Below, piece after piece: positions 8,325 through 17,912 of a stretch of DNA of 38,261 nt; position 1 is the first letter of the stretch; every line of letters starts with the position of its first letter. Both the position numbers and the translations under genes were made by a program. Under the pieces are notes generated by a model. It was not told the origin of the DNA, did no database searches, and saw only the letters and a list, made by a program, of their open reading frames with translations. Source of the stretch: a virus (lineage: Duplodnaviria; Caudoviricetes); the IMG/VR virus record IMGVR_UViG_3300006043_000052, positions 1 through 38,261 of that record; one strand, 5' to 3'.

Positions 8325-10081
8325 CAAAAAATCTCCATCCGCCCGGTGTTGGCAGTGGTCTGCCCCTCCAGCGGTTCGTTGTGCAATGCGTGAAAGAGCG
8401 CCCACGCCAGGTCGGCGTGGCCGGTGTTGTCGTTGCGGCCGGCGGTGTAGGTGAATTGGCGACCGCCTGCGGTGATGGTCTTGCGGATCGCCATCAACGA
8501 CTGCGCCATGTCGGTCCAGCCGGCGTCGAACTCCAACCGGCCCCGGTGGATCACGTCGTAGGCCTTCAGCACCAGACGGGTCTTGACCTCAGGCGAATAG
8601 CTGAACGTGGTGACATTGGGGAAGAATTGGCGAACCAGCTGCGCCACGCCGCTGCCCAGGCCGGTGACATCGATCCCGATGTACGTCACCCAGTAGCGGT
8701 CGCAGACGGCTTTGATCACGCTGGCCTGGGCCGCGAAATCCATGCCACGGAACTGGTGACGCTCCAGCACCCGGAACTTGCCACCTGGTACCAGAGGCGG
8801 CGCGACCACCACCAGGCCCGAGCAATCGCCAGTTTCCGCCGGGTCATATCCCACCCACACCTGGCGATCACCGAAAGGCCGCATGGCAAACGGCTTGTAG
8901 TCCTCGGCCCACTCGACCCAGCTGTCGACCATGCAGGGCTGCAACACCGTCAGCGGGAAAATACTCGCGCCGTCGTCGACGAATTCGCACATGAGCAGGT
9001 TTGCGAACGCTTCGGGGCTGTACTCCCGCCGCAGTTCTTCAATGTCGAATAGGTCGCAACCACCCTGCTCCGCATCAAGTATGGTGACGATCTGCCGCCA
9101 TAACCGGTCTTCACAGAACCGGCCCTGCTGGAGCGCCCCGTGGGATACGTCGACTTTGGTGTGCTGAGCGGCCGGCTTGCCCTTGTTGAAGCGCTCGCCC
9201 GTCCAGAATGTGTAGGCCTCATGGGCCATGGTCGACGGCGTAGAGAAGTAGGTTTTGCGCCACTTCTTGTGCATCGCCATACCCGAGGCAACCTTGTTCA
9301 GCTCCTCAAACTTGAACGTCCAGAAGAATTCGTCAAAGTAGAAATTGCCGTGGTAGCCCTGGGCCGTGCGCGCGTTGGTACCGAGAAAAAACAGTTCGGC
9401 GCCGTTCGGCAGCACGATGGGATCACCAGTCAGCTCGACGCCGATGACCTCGCGGGCAAACGCTTGAATGTAACCACGGAACAGGTAGGCCTGATTCTTC
9501 GACGCCGACAAGAAAATCTGATTGCGCCCAGTTTCCAGCGCATCAATAAACGCCTCTCGGGCGAAGTAATAAGTGGCGCCGATCTGCCGGCTTTTGAGGA
9601 TGACGCGGGTGCGCTGGTTGCCCGCCCGGTGCCAGTCTTTCTGGTAGTCGAAACACCCATCGATAAACGCTTCACGCAGCAGCTCGATCTGGTCTTCGCT
9701 GATGTCGTTTTTCGGCGTCTTCTTCTTCGGCCCTTCGTTGCGCTTGGCGAGGTTGGGGTTGAGTTCGGTTTCGGTACCGCCACCCTGGAAGCGCTGTATG
9801 CGGGCCTGCCGCTCCAACTGCCGGTGCAGCAGGTCGATCTCTTTGAAGTCCCCGCCGCTCTTGCCTTCCTTGAGGATCAACTGCACCAGACGCGCTTCCA
9901 GCGCCCCGCCGATGCGCTCGACGTTATCCGCCCGGTCCCACTCGTCGCGGGCTTTCCAGCTGTGTAGCGTTTTTTCCTTTTCGCCCGTAGCCTCGGCAAT
10001 CTCGCAGATACGCCAACCCATCCAATACAGGAACTTGGATTGGCGTCGGGGATCGATTGGGAGCAGTTCAGTCGTAGTCAT
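8324..10081 (-). CDS. gpP: terminase ATPase (large) subunit
   Basis: LKSRQIGAT, YFDEFFW, GYDPA and HADLAWA motifs. Confidence 0.96.
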   Translation of the reverse strand: MTTTELLPIDPRRQSKFLYWMGWRICEIAEATGEKEKTLHSWKARDEWDRADNVERIGGALEARLVQLILKEGKSGGDFKEIDLLHRQLERQARIQRFQGGGTETELNPNLAKRNEGPKKKTPKNDISEDQIELLREAFIDGCFDYQKDWHRAGNQRTRVILKSRQIGATYYFAREAFIDALETGRNQIFLSASKNQAYLFRGYIQAFAREVIGVELTGDPIVLPNGAELFFLGTNARTAQGYHGNFYFDEFFWTFKFEELNKVASGMAMHKKWRKTYFSTPSTMAHEAYTFWTGERFNKGKPAAQHTKVDVSHGALQQGRFCEDRLWRQIVTILDAEQGGCDLFDIEELRREYSPEAFANLLMCEFVDDGASIFPLTVLQPCMVDSWVEWAEDYKPFAMRPFGDRQVWVGYDPAETGDCSGLVVVAPPLVPGGKFRVLERHQFRGMDFAAQASVIKAVCDRYWVTYIGIDVTGLGSGVAQLVRQFFPNVTTFSYSPEVKTRLVLKAYDVIHRGRLEFDAGWTDMAQSLMAIRKTITAGGRQFTYTAGRNDNTGHADLAWALFHALHNEPLEGQTTANTGRMEIF

Positions 10082-10127
10082 GGCCGCGATGCTGCCGCCC
10101 GCGCCTGCGAGTCAGTAGCGCCGCCCC

Positions 10128-10148
10128 TTGTAGTCCCGCTCTCTACAA
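10128..10148. promoter_or_regulatory. late-promoter activator (Ogr-type) site shared by divergent P and O promoters
   Basis: TTGTAG-N9-CTACAA inverted repeat in the P/O intergenic region; recurs before V and FI. Confidence 0.8.
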
Positions 10149-10236
10149 TCCCGTCCCGTTGCCGCAACTCGCGCGCGTCACGACCATGCCCCTCATTGCA
10201 ACGCACTTAGCGCCCAACGCATTGAGGATTCCCGGC

Positions 10237-11067
10237 ATGAAGAAATTCCGCAGTAATTGGTTCCGCGTCGCCGTCGAGGGCGCTACCTCTGACAAGCGCA
10301 CCATCAAACGCAGCTGGCTGGAACAGGCGGCGAAGAACTTCAATCCAGCCACCTATGGTGCTCGCATCTGGCTGGAGCACTTCCGCAGCCTGTTGCCCGA
10401 TAGCCCCTTCAAAGCCTACGGCGACGTGCTAGCGGTCAAGACCGAAGAAGTGGAAATCAACGGCCAGAAGAAGCTGGCCCTGTTCGCGCAGGTCGAGCCG
10501 ACGCCCGATCTGATCGCCATGAACAAGGCCAAACAGAAGATTTACACCTCGATCGAAATCGACGACAGCTTCTCGGACACCGGCGAGGCCTACATCGTTG
10601 GCCTGGCGGTGACCGACTCCCCGGCCAGCCTGGGCACCGATGTACTGTCTTTCTCCGCGCAGAAGCCAGAATCCAGCCCATTCAAAGACCGTCATTATTC
10701 CGCGACGTCGATGTTCACCGAGGCGGTGGAAACCGAGTTGCAGTTTGAGGAAATCGAGGACAAACCCAGCCTCGGCGCCCAGCTCTTCAGCAAGGTGCAG
10801 GCACTACTCGGCGGCAAACAGGCGAAGGACGACGCCGAGTTCGCCCAAATCGGCCAGGCCGTCGAAGCGATTGCCGACCACGTCAAGGATCTGCCCGATC
10901 AGTTGGCCGCCGAGAAGAAATTCTCCGGAGAACTGAACACCAAGGTTGAGCAGCTCAGCAAAGACCTGGTCGAGCTGAAAACCACCCTTGGCAAAACCCA
11001 AGACCACTCCCAAACCCAGCGCCCACCGGTAACCGGCGGCGGCAAACAAGCCCTGGCTGAGTTCTGA
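10237..11067 (+). CDS. gpO: capsid scaffolding protein/protease
   Basis: WFRVAVEGATSD, EH and GLAVTDSPASLGT motifs; GAGG RBS before MKKFRS. Confidence 0.95.
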   Translation: MKKFRSNWFRVAVEGATSDKRTIKRSWLEQAAKNFNPATYGARIWLEHFRSLLPDSPFKAYGDVLAVKTEEVEINGQKKLALFAQVEPTPDLIAMNKAKQKIYTSIEIDDSFSDTGEAYIVGLAVTDSPASLGTDVLSFSAQKPESSPFKDRHYSATSMFTEAVETELQFEEIEDKPSLGAQLFSKVQALLGGKQAKDDAEFAQIGQAVEAIADHVKDLPDQLAAEKKFSGELNTKVEQLSKDLVELKTTLGKTQDHSQTQRPPVTGGGKQALAEF

Positions 11068-11107
11068 CCTGCGGCCTACACCGCCCAGCCCACTATCGGA
11101 GACACCC

Positions 11108-12130
11108 ATGCGTAACGACACTCGAAAACTCTTCACCGGCTACCTCAGCCAGGTCGCACTGCTCAACGGCGTTGAAACGGCCACAGCCACATTCAGCGTC
11201 GACCCTACCATCCAGCAGCGCCTGGAAACCAAGATTCAGGAGTCGAGCGAGTTCCTGACTAAGGTCAACGTCATCGGCGTTGATGAACAGGAAGGCGAAA
11301 AGGTCGGACTGGGCGTGGGCGGCACCGTTGCCAGCCGTACCAACACCAACGTCAAAAAACGTGAGCCGCGCAGCATCGGCACTCTGTCGAGCGATAAGTA
11401 CAAGGCTGAGCAGACCGACTTCGATACCTTCGTCAGTTACAAACAGCTCGACGCCTGGGCCAAGTTCCCGGACTTCCAAACCCGCCTGTCCAGCGCCATC
11501 GCCCAACGTCAGGCGCTCGACCGTATCCAGATCGGCTTCTACGGCACTTCGGCTGCCGAGCAGACCGACCGCAATGCGCACCCGCTGCTGGAAGACGTCA
11601 ACATCGGCTGGCTCCAGCAGTACCGCACCCACGCACCCGACCGTGTGCTGAAGGAAGGTGCCGTCTACGGCAAGATCACCATTGGCAAAGCCGGCGACTT
11701 CAAGAACATCGACGCCCTGGTCTACGACGCAATCCAGTTGCTCGACCCTTGGTACCGCCGCAACCCTGGCTTGGTGGTGCTGACCGGCCGCGAGCTGGTC
11801 CACGACAAGTTCCTGGCCCTGGTCAACAAAGACCAGGACGCGACCAACACCCTGGCGAGCGACCTGATCATCTCGCAACGCCGCGTCGGTGGTTTGCCGC
11901 TGTACGAGGTGCCGTACATCCCCGAAGGCACGATCCTCATCACCACCTTCGCCAACCTGTCGGTGTACTGGCAGATCGGCGGGCGCCGCCGCTACCTCAA
12001 GGAAGAGCCGGAGTGGAACCGCGTGAGCAACTTCGAATCGTCGAACGAGGCTTATGTGGTCGAGGAATACGGCCTGGGCTGCCTGCTGGAAAACATCACG
12101 CCGGTTGAAGACGCAAGCAGCGAGGGTTAA
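11108..12130 (+). CDS. gpN: major capsid protein, P2 family
   Basis: LDAWAKFPDFQ, ALDRIQIGFYG, LEDVNIGWLQ and SSNEAYVVE motifs. Confidence 0.96.
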   Translation: MRNDTRKLFTGYLSQVALLNGVETATATFSVDPTIQQRLETKIQESSEFLTKVNVIGVDEQEGEKVGLGVGGTVASRTNTNVKKREPRSIGTLSSDKYKAEQTDFDTFVSYKQLDAWAKFPDFQTRLSSAIAQRQALDRIQIGFYGTSAAEQTDRNAHPLLEDVNIGWLQQYRTHAPDRVLKEGAVYGKITIGKAGDFKNIDALVYDAIQLLDPWYRRNPGLVVLTGRELVHDKFLALVNKDQDATNTLASDLIISQRRVGGLPLYEVPYIPEGTILITTFANLSVYWQIGGRRRYLKEEPEWNRVSNFESSNEAYVVEEYGLGCLLENITPVEDASSEG

Positions 12131-12134
12131 TCCC

Positions 12135-12836
12135 ATGGCACTCAGCATCGCCCAAGCCCACCAGCGCCGCGCACGCGCGGCAATGGAGGCAGCGAAAACG
12201 GCACCACAGCAATCCATGGCCGGTGCAACAGCGTACGAGCACCAGTTGAATCAGTTGCTGCAAGACCGGTTGCGCCTGAAAGCCATCCAGTCCAACGAGG
12301 GCAAAGCTGCACTCAAGGCACAGTTGTTGCCCGAGTACATCCCCTATGTTGAGGGAGTACTTGCAGCAGGCAATGGTGCTCAGGACGATGTCATGACCAC
12401 CGTCATGGTCTGGCGCGTTGACGTCGAGGACTACAGCGGTGCCCTGGACATCGCCGACTACGTGCTCAAGCACAAGCTGATCATGCCAGACCGATTCGAA
12501 CGCACCACCGGTTGCCTGGTGGCGGAAGAAATCGCCACGGCCGCGCTGAAAGCGCAAAAGGCCAATGGCAGTTTCGACCTGAGCATCTTGCACCGCACCG
12601 TCGAACTGACCGATGCCGAAGACATGCCCGACCAGGCCCGCGCCAAGCTGTACCTAGCAACCGGCCGCGCGACATTGGATGGCATCACCGCCGAGGAGCC
12701 AGGCCAGCCCGGACAGATTCAGGCCGGTATCGACCTGCTCAAGCGGGCGATCGAGCTGCACGACGGCTGCGGCGGCAAGAAGGATTTGGACAGCGCCGAG
12801 CGCCTCCTGAAAAAACACGCTGCCACTGGCAGCTAA
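12135..12836 (+). CDS. gpM: terminase endonuclease (small) subunit
   Basis: LLPEYIPYVEGVL, QDDV..VMVWRVD and DMPDQARAKL motifs; synteny. Confidence 0.92.
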   Translation: MALSIAQAHQRRARAAMEAAKTAPQQSMAGATAYEHQLNQLLQDRLRLKAIQSNEGKAALKAQLLPEYIPYVEGVLAAGNGAQDDVMTTVMVWRVDVEDYSGALDIADYVLKHKLIMPDRFERTTGCLVAEEIATAALKAQKANGSFDLSILHRTVELTDAEDMPDQARAKLYLATGRATLDGITAEEPGQPGQIQAGIDLLKRAIELHDGCGGKKDLDSAERLLKKHAATGS

Positions 12837-12934
12837 CCGAGCGTCCCCACGCACCCCGCCGGCTCGGGGCGGATCGGCCAGGCCGCTCCTCCTGAACGTG
12901 AAGCCCCGACCACCGGCGATCTATCGGAGCAGTC

Positions 12935-13231
12935 ATGAACACCGCCTTTGCAAACTTCTACCAGAGTGATTTCACTCCAACGGAATCTGAACGGCGCTTG
13001 GCTGCTGCGGCTGAACAGTACGTGGCCGAGACAGAGGCTTACGACCGCACCGTCTGCACCGGTCCTATTGTGAAAGGCTCCATCATGCCTGCCGACTCGC
13101 ACGAACGTGGGCTGGTGAACCACAACGCCATGCGAGCGATGGACCGTCTCTGTACGCAACACCCCGAATTCACCCGGCAGCAGATCCTGCGCGAAGTTTC
13201 CCGCGCAGATATCCGAGGCCCTTCCCTTTGA
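12935..13231 (+). CDS. hypothetical protein inserted between M and L
   Basis: GGAG RBS; 98 aa; stop overlaps the L start. Confidence 0.7.
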   Translation: MNTAFANFYQSDFTPTESERRLAAAAEQYVAETEAYDRTVCTGPIVKGSIMPADSHERGLVNHNAMRAMDRLCTQHPEFTRQQILREVSRADIRGPSL

Positions 13232-13689
13232 GCGCATTCGTAGCCAGCGGACCAGTCACCGGCGGTCATATCAACACCGACCCATTCTGGCCCTCAATCG
13301 ATCTTGAGCAGCTTCGGGCCAGACTGCGCATCGATAACAGCGTCACCCCGGCTCGCCTGGAAACTGCCGTAATCGCCGCAGCCATCAACCTCAACCGTGA
13401 ACTGAAGTCCTGGAAGGCCACACAACAAGCTGCCGGCCACGCAACTTTGGCCGATGTGCCCGACGACAAGATCAACGACGTATCGGTCCAGGCCCACCTG
13501 TACCGCCGTGCGATCGAGGCAGGTACCGGCGCCGAAGTCTGCGAGCGGTACCGGGACTACAGCGCGACCAACGCGGGAAACAGCAAAGCCGAAGAAACCA
13601 TGCCGACCATCGACGATTACCGCCGCGATCTGCGCTGGGCTGTTCGTGACTTCCTGGGTCTCAGCCGCACTACCGTGGAGTTGATCTGA
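13228..13689 (+). CDS. gpL: head completion/stabilisation protein
   Basis: FWPSIDL, YRRAI and RWAVRDFLG..RTTVELI motifs; TTG start. Confidence 0.92.
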   Translation: MSAFVASGPVTGGHINTDPFWPSIDLEQLRARLRIDNSVTPARLETAVIAAAINLNRELKSWKATQQAAGHATLADVPDDKINDVSVQAHLYRRAIEAGTGAEVCERYRDYSATNAGNSKAEETMPTIDDYRRDLRWAVRDFLGLSRTTVELI

Positions 13690-13892
13690 TGAACGATATG
13701 AAAATCATCGACTGGAACGAAATCAGCCGCCTTGGGCTACATGAACGCATCAACCGCGAAATCATGCATCCGCTCGGCCTGGCGATTTTCAGAGTGGTTG
13801 AAACAGGACAGTCCCCAGGCGCCTACGTGTCACCTGACGGTGTTTTCGAGTACGCGACACCGATAACACGTGTAGAGCCTGAGGAAGAGTGA
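13689..13892 (+). CDS. small hypothetical phage protein inserted between L and X
   Basis: Coupled at both ends by TGATG overlaps; IDWNEISRLGL..RINREIMHPLGLA. Confidence 0.7.
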   Translation: MNDMKIIDWNEISRLGLHERINREIMHPLGLAIFRVVETGQSPGAYVSPDGVFEYATPITRVEPEEE

Positions 13893-14104
13893 TGACAGTC
13901 GCCGTCCGCACCAATCAGAACGACACCGTCGACGCCCTCTGCTGGCGATTCTACGGCCGCACTGCCGGCGTCACCGAGGCCGTGCTGGAAGCCAACCCCG
14001 GCCTGGCTGACCACGGCCCGATCCTGCCGCAAGGCCTTGTCGTCAACATGCCCGAAGCCCAAACCAGCGCGCCCCAGCGGCAGATGGTGCAGCTATGGAA
14101 CTGA
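13892..14104 (+). CDS. gpX: tail protein X (LysM-like)
   Basis: DTVDALCWRFYG, VLEANPGLA and VQLW motifs. Confidence 0.93.
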   Translation: MTVAVRTNQNDTVDALCWRFYGRTAGVTEAVLEANPGLADHGPILPQGLVVNMPEAQTSAPQRQMVQLWN

Positions 14105-14131
14105 CCCCCTGCATCCAAGGAAAACCACACC

Positions 14132-14485
14132 ATGGCTGATCCGACTTCCAGCGTTGTGACTGGCCTGCTCATTGGTTTGGGCCTGTCCACCGTAACGCCC
14201 GTTATCGACGACGGGGCGCTATTCGGCGCCATCCTCGGCGCCTGGCTGGTTACCAGTACCAAGCGCGACCTTAAAGTCTGGCAGCGGCTGGGCTCACTGT
14301 TCCTGTCGGCCGGCGTGGGCTATCTGTTCGCGCCTATGGCTTTACAGGCAATTCCGTTTATCACCAGCGGCGGCAGTGCATTTGTCTGTGCCCTAGTGGT
14401 CATCCCGATCAGCATCAAGCTCATGGTGTGGGTGGAAAAAGCGGACATCTGGGACATCTGGCGTCGCATCAGAGGGGGCATCTGA
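14132..14485 (+). CDS. putative holin
   Basis: Multiple transmembrane segments, basic C-terminus, first gene of the lysis cassette. Confidence 0.75.
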   Translation: MADPTSSVVTGLLIGLGLSTVTPVIDDGALFGAILGAWLVTSTKRDLKVWQRLGSLFLSAGVGYLFAPMALQAIPFITSGGSAFVCALVVIPISIKLMVWVEKADIWDIWRRIRGGI

Positions 14486-14486
14486 T

Positions 14487-14765
14487 ATGCCAAACATCGA
14501 ATTGGCCGTGCAGTTGATCGCTGCGATCGCTTACCTGCTTAGTGCCCTGCGCTTGGCCTGCTACACCCGAGGCGATGCGCGGTACCGGCGCAGCATCTCG
14601 CTGTTGGCAAGCCTGTTTGGCGCCACGTTGTGCATCTGCGGTCTGGAGATCCTGCTGGAACGCCAGCCCACCAGCCTCGGGCAGGCTGCTGCCATCGTGC
14701 TGCTTTGCATCCTGATTTTCCGTTCACGCGGCAACGTCGCCGCCCTGTTGAGGCCCAGCGCATGA
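14487..14765 (+). CDS. second holin-family membrane protein
   Basis: Three hydrophobic helices, C-terminal RGNVA motif, directly upstream of the endolysin. Confidence 0.75.
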   Translation: MPNIELAVQLIAAIAYLLSALRLACYTRGDARYRRSISLLASLFGATLCICGLEILLERQPTSLGQAAAIVLLCILIFRSRGNVAALLRPSA

Positions 14766-15607
14766 CCACCACCCTTCGCCACGGCGACCGCTCGCAAGCA
14801 GTGCTGATGCTGCAAAAGAACCTCAACAAGCACGGTGCCAACCTCTACCCTGATGGTGTGTTCGGCGACGACACTGAATCGGCTGTTCGCGCTTACCAGC
14901 TGAAAGTCGGCCTGGTCGTCGATGGCGCCGCCGGCGAAAAGACCCAAACCAGCCTGGCCGGTGGCGACTGCACGCAGCTGCTGCGCAACAATGACCTGGT
15001 GGCCGCTGCCGAACGCCTCGACGTTCCGTTGGCGAGCATCTATGCGGTCAATGAAGTGGAATCGAAGGGCAAGGGCTTTCTCGACAACGGCAAGCCGGTG
15101 ATCCTGTTCGAACGGCACATCATGTACCGCCAGCTCGCCACGGCACGACATGCCGGCGATGACGCGGCCGAACTCAAGCGTCACGCGGACCAGCTCGCCA
15201 CCGCCAACCCTGCCCTGGTCAACCCGAAGCCCGGCGGATACATCGGCGGTACCTCCGAACACCAGCGCCTGGCCATGGCCCGCCTGATCGACGACACAGC
15301 CGCACTGGAGTCGGCTTCCTGGGGAGCGTTCCAGATCATGGGCTTTCATTGGAAGCGCCTCGGCTACTCCAGCGTACAGGCCTTCGTCGCGGCAATGACT
15401 GCCGGCGAATCGCAGCAGCTCGACGCCTTCACCCGCTTCATCGAAACCGACCCGGTGCTGCACAAGGCGCTGAAGGGCCGCAAATGGGCAGAGTTCGCCA
15501 GGCTCTACAACGGGCCAGATTATTTGCGGAACCTCTACGACACCAAACTCCAGCGCGCCTACGAGCGGCATGCCGCCTGCGAGTGTGGCAAAGGAGTGGC
15601 GGCATGA
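14762..15607 (+). CDS. modular endolysin (peptidoglycan-binding domain plus N-acetylmuramidase, DUF3380-like)
   Basis: LRHGD..V..LQ..L, DGVFG and DG.AG binding-domain motifs; VES.G.GF, ILFERH, SWGAFQIMGF and FARLYNG catalytic motifs. Confidence 0.92.
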   Translation: MTTTLRHGDRSQAVLMLQKNLNKHGANLYPDGVFGDDTESAVRAYQLKVGLVVDGAAGEKTQTSLAGGDCTQLLRNNDLVAAAERLDVPLASIYAVNEVESKGKGFLDNGKPVILFERHIMYRQLATARHAGDDAAELKRHADQLATANPALVNPKPGGYIGGTSEHQRLAMARLIDDTAALESASWGAFQIMGFHWKRLGYSSVQAFVAAMTAGESQQLDAFTRFIETDPVLHKALKGRKWAEFARLYNGPDYLRNLYDTKLQRAYERHAACECGKGVAA

Positions 15608-15807
15608 TCGACTTCAAAGCGCTGCAAAAGCTGCGGGTAAGGGACGGTGACCTGCTGGTGGTACCGGAGTCGACCGAACAAAGCGATATGGAGTTGTTGG
15701 CCGAAGCCATCCAGATCATGAACGGCGCACGGGCCGTAATCGTGCGCGGCCCGATCAAACAGCTCGATACGGCAGACATGAACAAGCTCGGCTGGTACCG
15801 CGCGTGA
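15604..15807 (+). CDS. small hypothetical protein in the lysis cassette
   Basis: GGAG RBS; ATGA and GTGA overlaps at both ends; starts MIDFKALQKL. Confidence 0.7.
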   Translation: MIDFKALQKLRVRDGDLLVVPESTEQSDMELLAEAIQIMNGARAVIVRGPIKQLDTADMNKLGWYRA

Positions 15808-16253
15808 GCACGCTGCGCCAGGCCCTATATGGCCTCGCCCTGCTCGGCGCTCTGGTGCTGCTGATCTGGGTCCAAGAAACACGCATCGACGTCGCTGAAG
15901 GCAAAACCGAACGGGCACAAGATGCGGCCAAGTCCGCCCGCGACGACGCCGCTCGCAACCTGAAAACCGCCAATACCCTTGCCGGTACCCTGAAACAGGA
16001 ACGCGACGCACAGAGCACCCTGCGCGGCCAGCAGGACCAGCTGCGCCAGAGCCTGGCCAAACGCGAGCGAACAATAGAGGAGCTGAAACGTGAAAACGAC
16101 GAACTACGCGACTGGGCTACTCAGCTTTTGCCTGATGCTGCTCGCCGGCTGCGCGAGCGCCCCGCCCTCACCGGCGCCGCCGCTTATCGTGACTGGCTGT
16201 CCAGCCGTGGTGCCGTGCCACCTGCCGGCGACAAGCCCCCTCAACAACGGTGA
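15804..16253 (+). CDS. lysB: i-spanin (LysB family)
   Basis: N-terminal transmembrane anchor, long coiled coil, C-terminal WA..LP motif. Confidence 0.88.
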   Translation: MSTLRQALYGLALLGALVLLIWVQETRIDVAEGKTERAQDAAKSARDDAARNLKTANTLAGTLKQERDAQSTLRGQQDQLRQSLAKRERTIEELKRENDELRDWATQLLPDAARRLRERPALTGAAAYRDWLSSRGAVPPAGDKPPQQR

Positions 16254-16347
16254 CCTATTGACCGACGAAGACCGCGCCGAAGCTGCCTGGGCTGACTGCG
16301 CGGCGCAGGTCGACATGGTCTACAAACACCAGCAGGCCAACCCATGA
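16090..16347 (+). CDS. lysC: o-spanin lipoprotein (LysC/Rz1-like), overlapping lysB
   Basis: Lipobox LLAGC, Pro-rich linker, CP...C, NGDL and CAAQVD motifs. Confidence 0.85.
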   Translation: MKTTNYATGLLSFCLMLLAGCASAPPSPAPPLIVTGCPAVVPCHLPATSPLNNGDLLTDEDRAEAAWADCAAQVDMVYKHQQANP

Positions 16348-16826
16348 ATAAGCCGGAAAGCCTACGCGCCCACCTGCTGGCCACCGTCGCCGAGTTCAAG
16401 CACAACCCCGACCGTCTGCTGATATTCATCGACAACGGCAAGGTCCGTTGCACCGCCGCACACACCCTGTCGTTTGAATACAGCTTTGACCTGCAGATCA
16501 TCCTCACCGAATTCGCCGGACACCCCGACAGCGTGATCCTGCCGATCCTGGGTTGGCTGAGCGTCAACCAATCCGAGCTGCTGGAAAACCTCGAAAAGGC
16601 CAAAGACGGCATCCAGTTCGAAGCCGACATCCTGGACAAGAACAAGGTGGACCTCAGCATTACCCTGCAGCTGACAGAGCGGGTTGTCGTAGGGGAGGAT
16701 GACCAAGGCAACACCACCGTGAAGCATCCGAACGAACCGCAGTACGTCGCGGGCTACCTCGATCCGAACTGGAAGCCTGGTGCCCAGGGCAACACCAGTG
16801 AATGGAGAGTGCCGGTTGGCGAATAA
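16344..16826 (+). CDS. gpR: tail completion protein R
   Basis: MNKPESLR, NPDRLLIFID.G, SFEY and LTERV motifs. Confidence 0.92.
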   Translation: MNKPESLRAHLLATVAEFKHNPDRLLIFIDNGKVRCTAAHTLSFEYSFDLQIILTEFAGHPDSVILPILGWLSVNQSELLENLEKAKDGIQFEADILDKNKVDLSITLQLTERVVVGEDDQGNTTVKHPNEPQYVAGYLDPNWKPGAQGNTSEWRVPVGE

Positions 16827-17274
16827 TCTGGAAGCGCTGGAAACTTGGGCGGCGGTGCTGCTGGATCGCCTGGAACCTGGTGAGCGCGGTAAGCTCGCCC
16901 GGAGCATTGGGCAGGAGCTGCGCCGCAGTCAGCAGAAACGCGTGATGGCTCAGGAGAACCCCGATGGGACCAAGTTTGCGCCGCGAAAGCAGCGAAACCT
17001 GCGCGGAAAGCAGGGGCGTATTCGTCGGAAGCTGGCGATGTTCAAGAAGCTGCGGACTGCGTCATACCTGAAGGTCCGAGGTGATAGCAATACCGTGACT
17101 GTGGGCTTCACCGGGCGCATTGCCCGAATCGCAAGGGTTCACCAATACGGGTTGAAAGATCGAGCTGAACGCGACGCGCCCGACGTCAAATATGATCAGC
17201 GTGAGTTAGTAGGCTTCACACAAATGGATCTAGACAAAATCCGTGATAGCCTATTAAGCCATTTAACTAAATAA
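16816..17274 (+). CDS. gpS: tail completion / virion morphogenesis protein S
   Basis: Q.NPDG..FAPRK, MF.KLR and IARVHQYG motifs; probable TTG start at 16816. Confidence 0.9.
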   Translation: MANNLEALETWAAVLLDRLEPGERGKLARSIGQELRRSQQKRVMAQENPDGTKFAPRKQRNLRGKQGRIRRKLAMFKKLRTASYLKVRGDSNTVTVGFTGRIARIARVHQYGLKDRAERDAPDVKYDQRELVGFTQMDLDKIRDSLLSHLTK

Positions 17275-17284
17275 ATAAGAAATA

Positions 17285-17848
17285 TTAAGTTTCTCTAGCT
17301 GCAACGGAAATCAAAATCTTAAGATCATCGCAAGCCTTCCCAAGCTTCAATTGAGCTTTGCCCGCCGGTTCTAAAAAGAGATTACCCGGCTGGCCTGACT
17401 GGTAAGCTTTCTTGTGCGAAAATTCAATATCATTTATTTCATCTCGTATCTTAAGGATGGACGCATATGCTTCTTGCAGCTCGCCACCATAAATATCGAC
17501 AATCATACTTATTCTATTAAAATCAACTTGCTTAGCAGGCGATTCTCTTATCTCGTCAAGATATTTATTATAGTCAATCTGTCCTTTCATAACCAATGAC
17601 AAGCTTAGATAGTTACCAAAAAAAGCATTACTCCAATGACATATAAGAATATATAACTCTTCGAGGCGCTCCTTCCTCTCCCGTCTACTAACAAGCTTTT
17701 CCTCATGAGCAAGCTGTTGCTCTAGCCGCTTCAAATTCGCCCTATTGGTTAATGAAACTCCAAATGTTGTGAGTAGCGAACCAAATATGACCCCTGCTAG
17801 GCCAATCCAGGTCGCTGAGGGCACATCCTTTAGCATTTCTAGACCCAT
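17285..17848 (-). CDS. AT-rich moron membrane-anchored protein between S and V
   Basis: Opposite strand, low GC, AGGTGG RBS, N-terminal transmembrane segment WIGLAGVIFGSLLTTFGV followed by helices. Confidence 0.8.
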   Translation of the reverse strand: MGLEMLKDVPSATWIGLAGVIFGSLLTTFGVSLTNRANLKRLEQQLAHEEKLVSRRERKERLEELYILICHWSNAFFGNYLSLSLVMKGQIDYNKYLDEIRESPAKQVDFNRISMIVDIYGGELQEAYASILKIRDEINDIEFSHKKAYQSGQPGNLFLEPAGKAQLKLGKACDDLKILISVAARET

Positions 17849-17912
17849 TTTTTCCCACCTTAAATTACCTAACGACAGAAACACGCTTTGTATTGGTGAA
17901 GTCTATCTCAGC

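Noticed and set aside
12935..12949. Shared MNTAF N-terminus with the PrtN-family gene at 37986
   Set aside because: The similarity stops after five residues and is compatible with chance.
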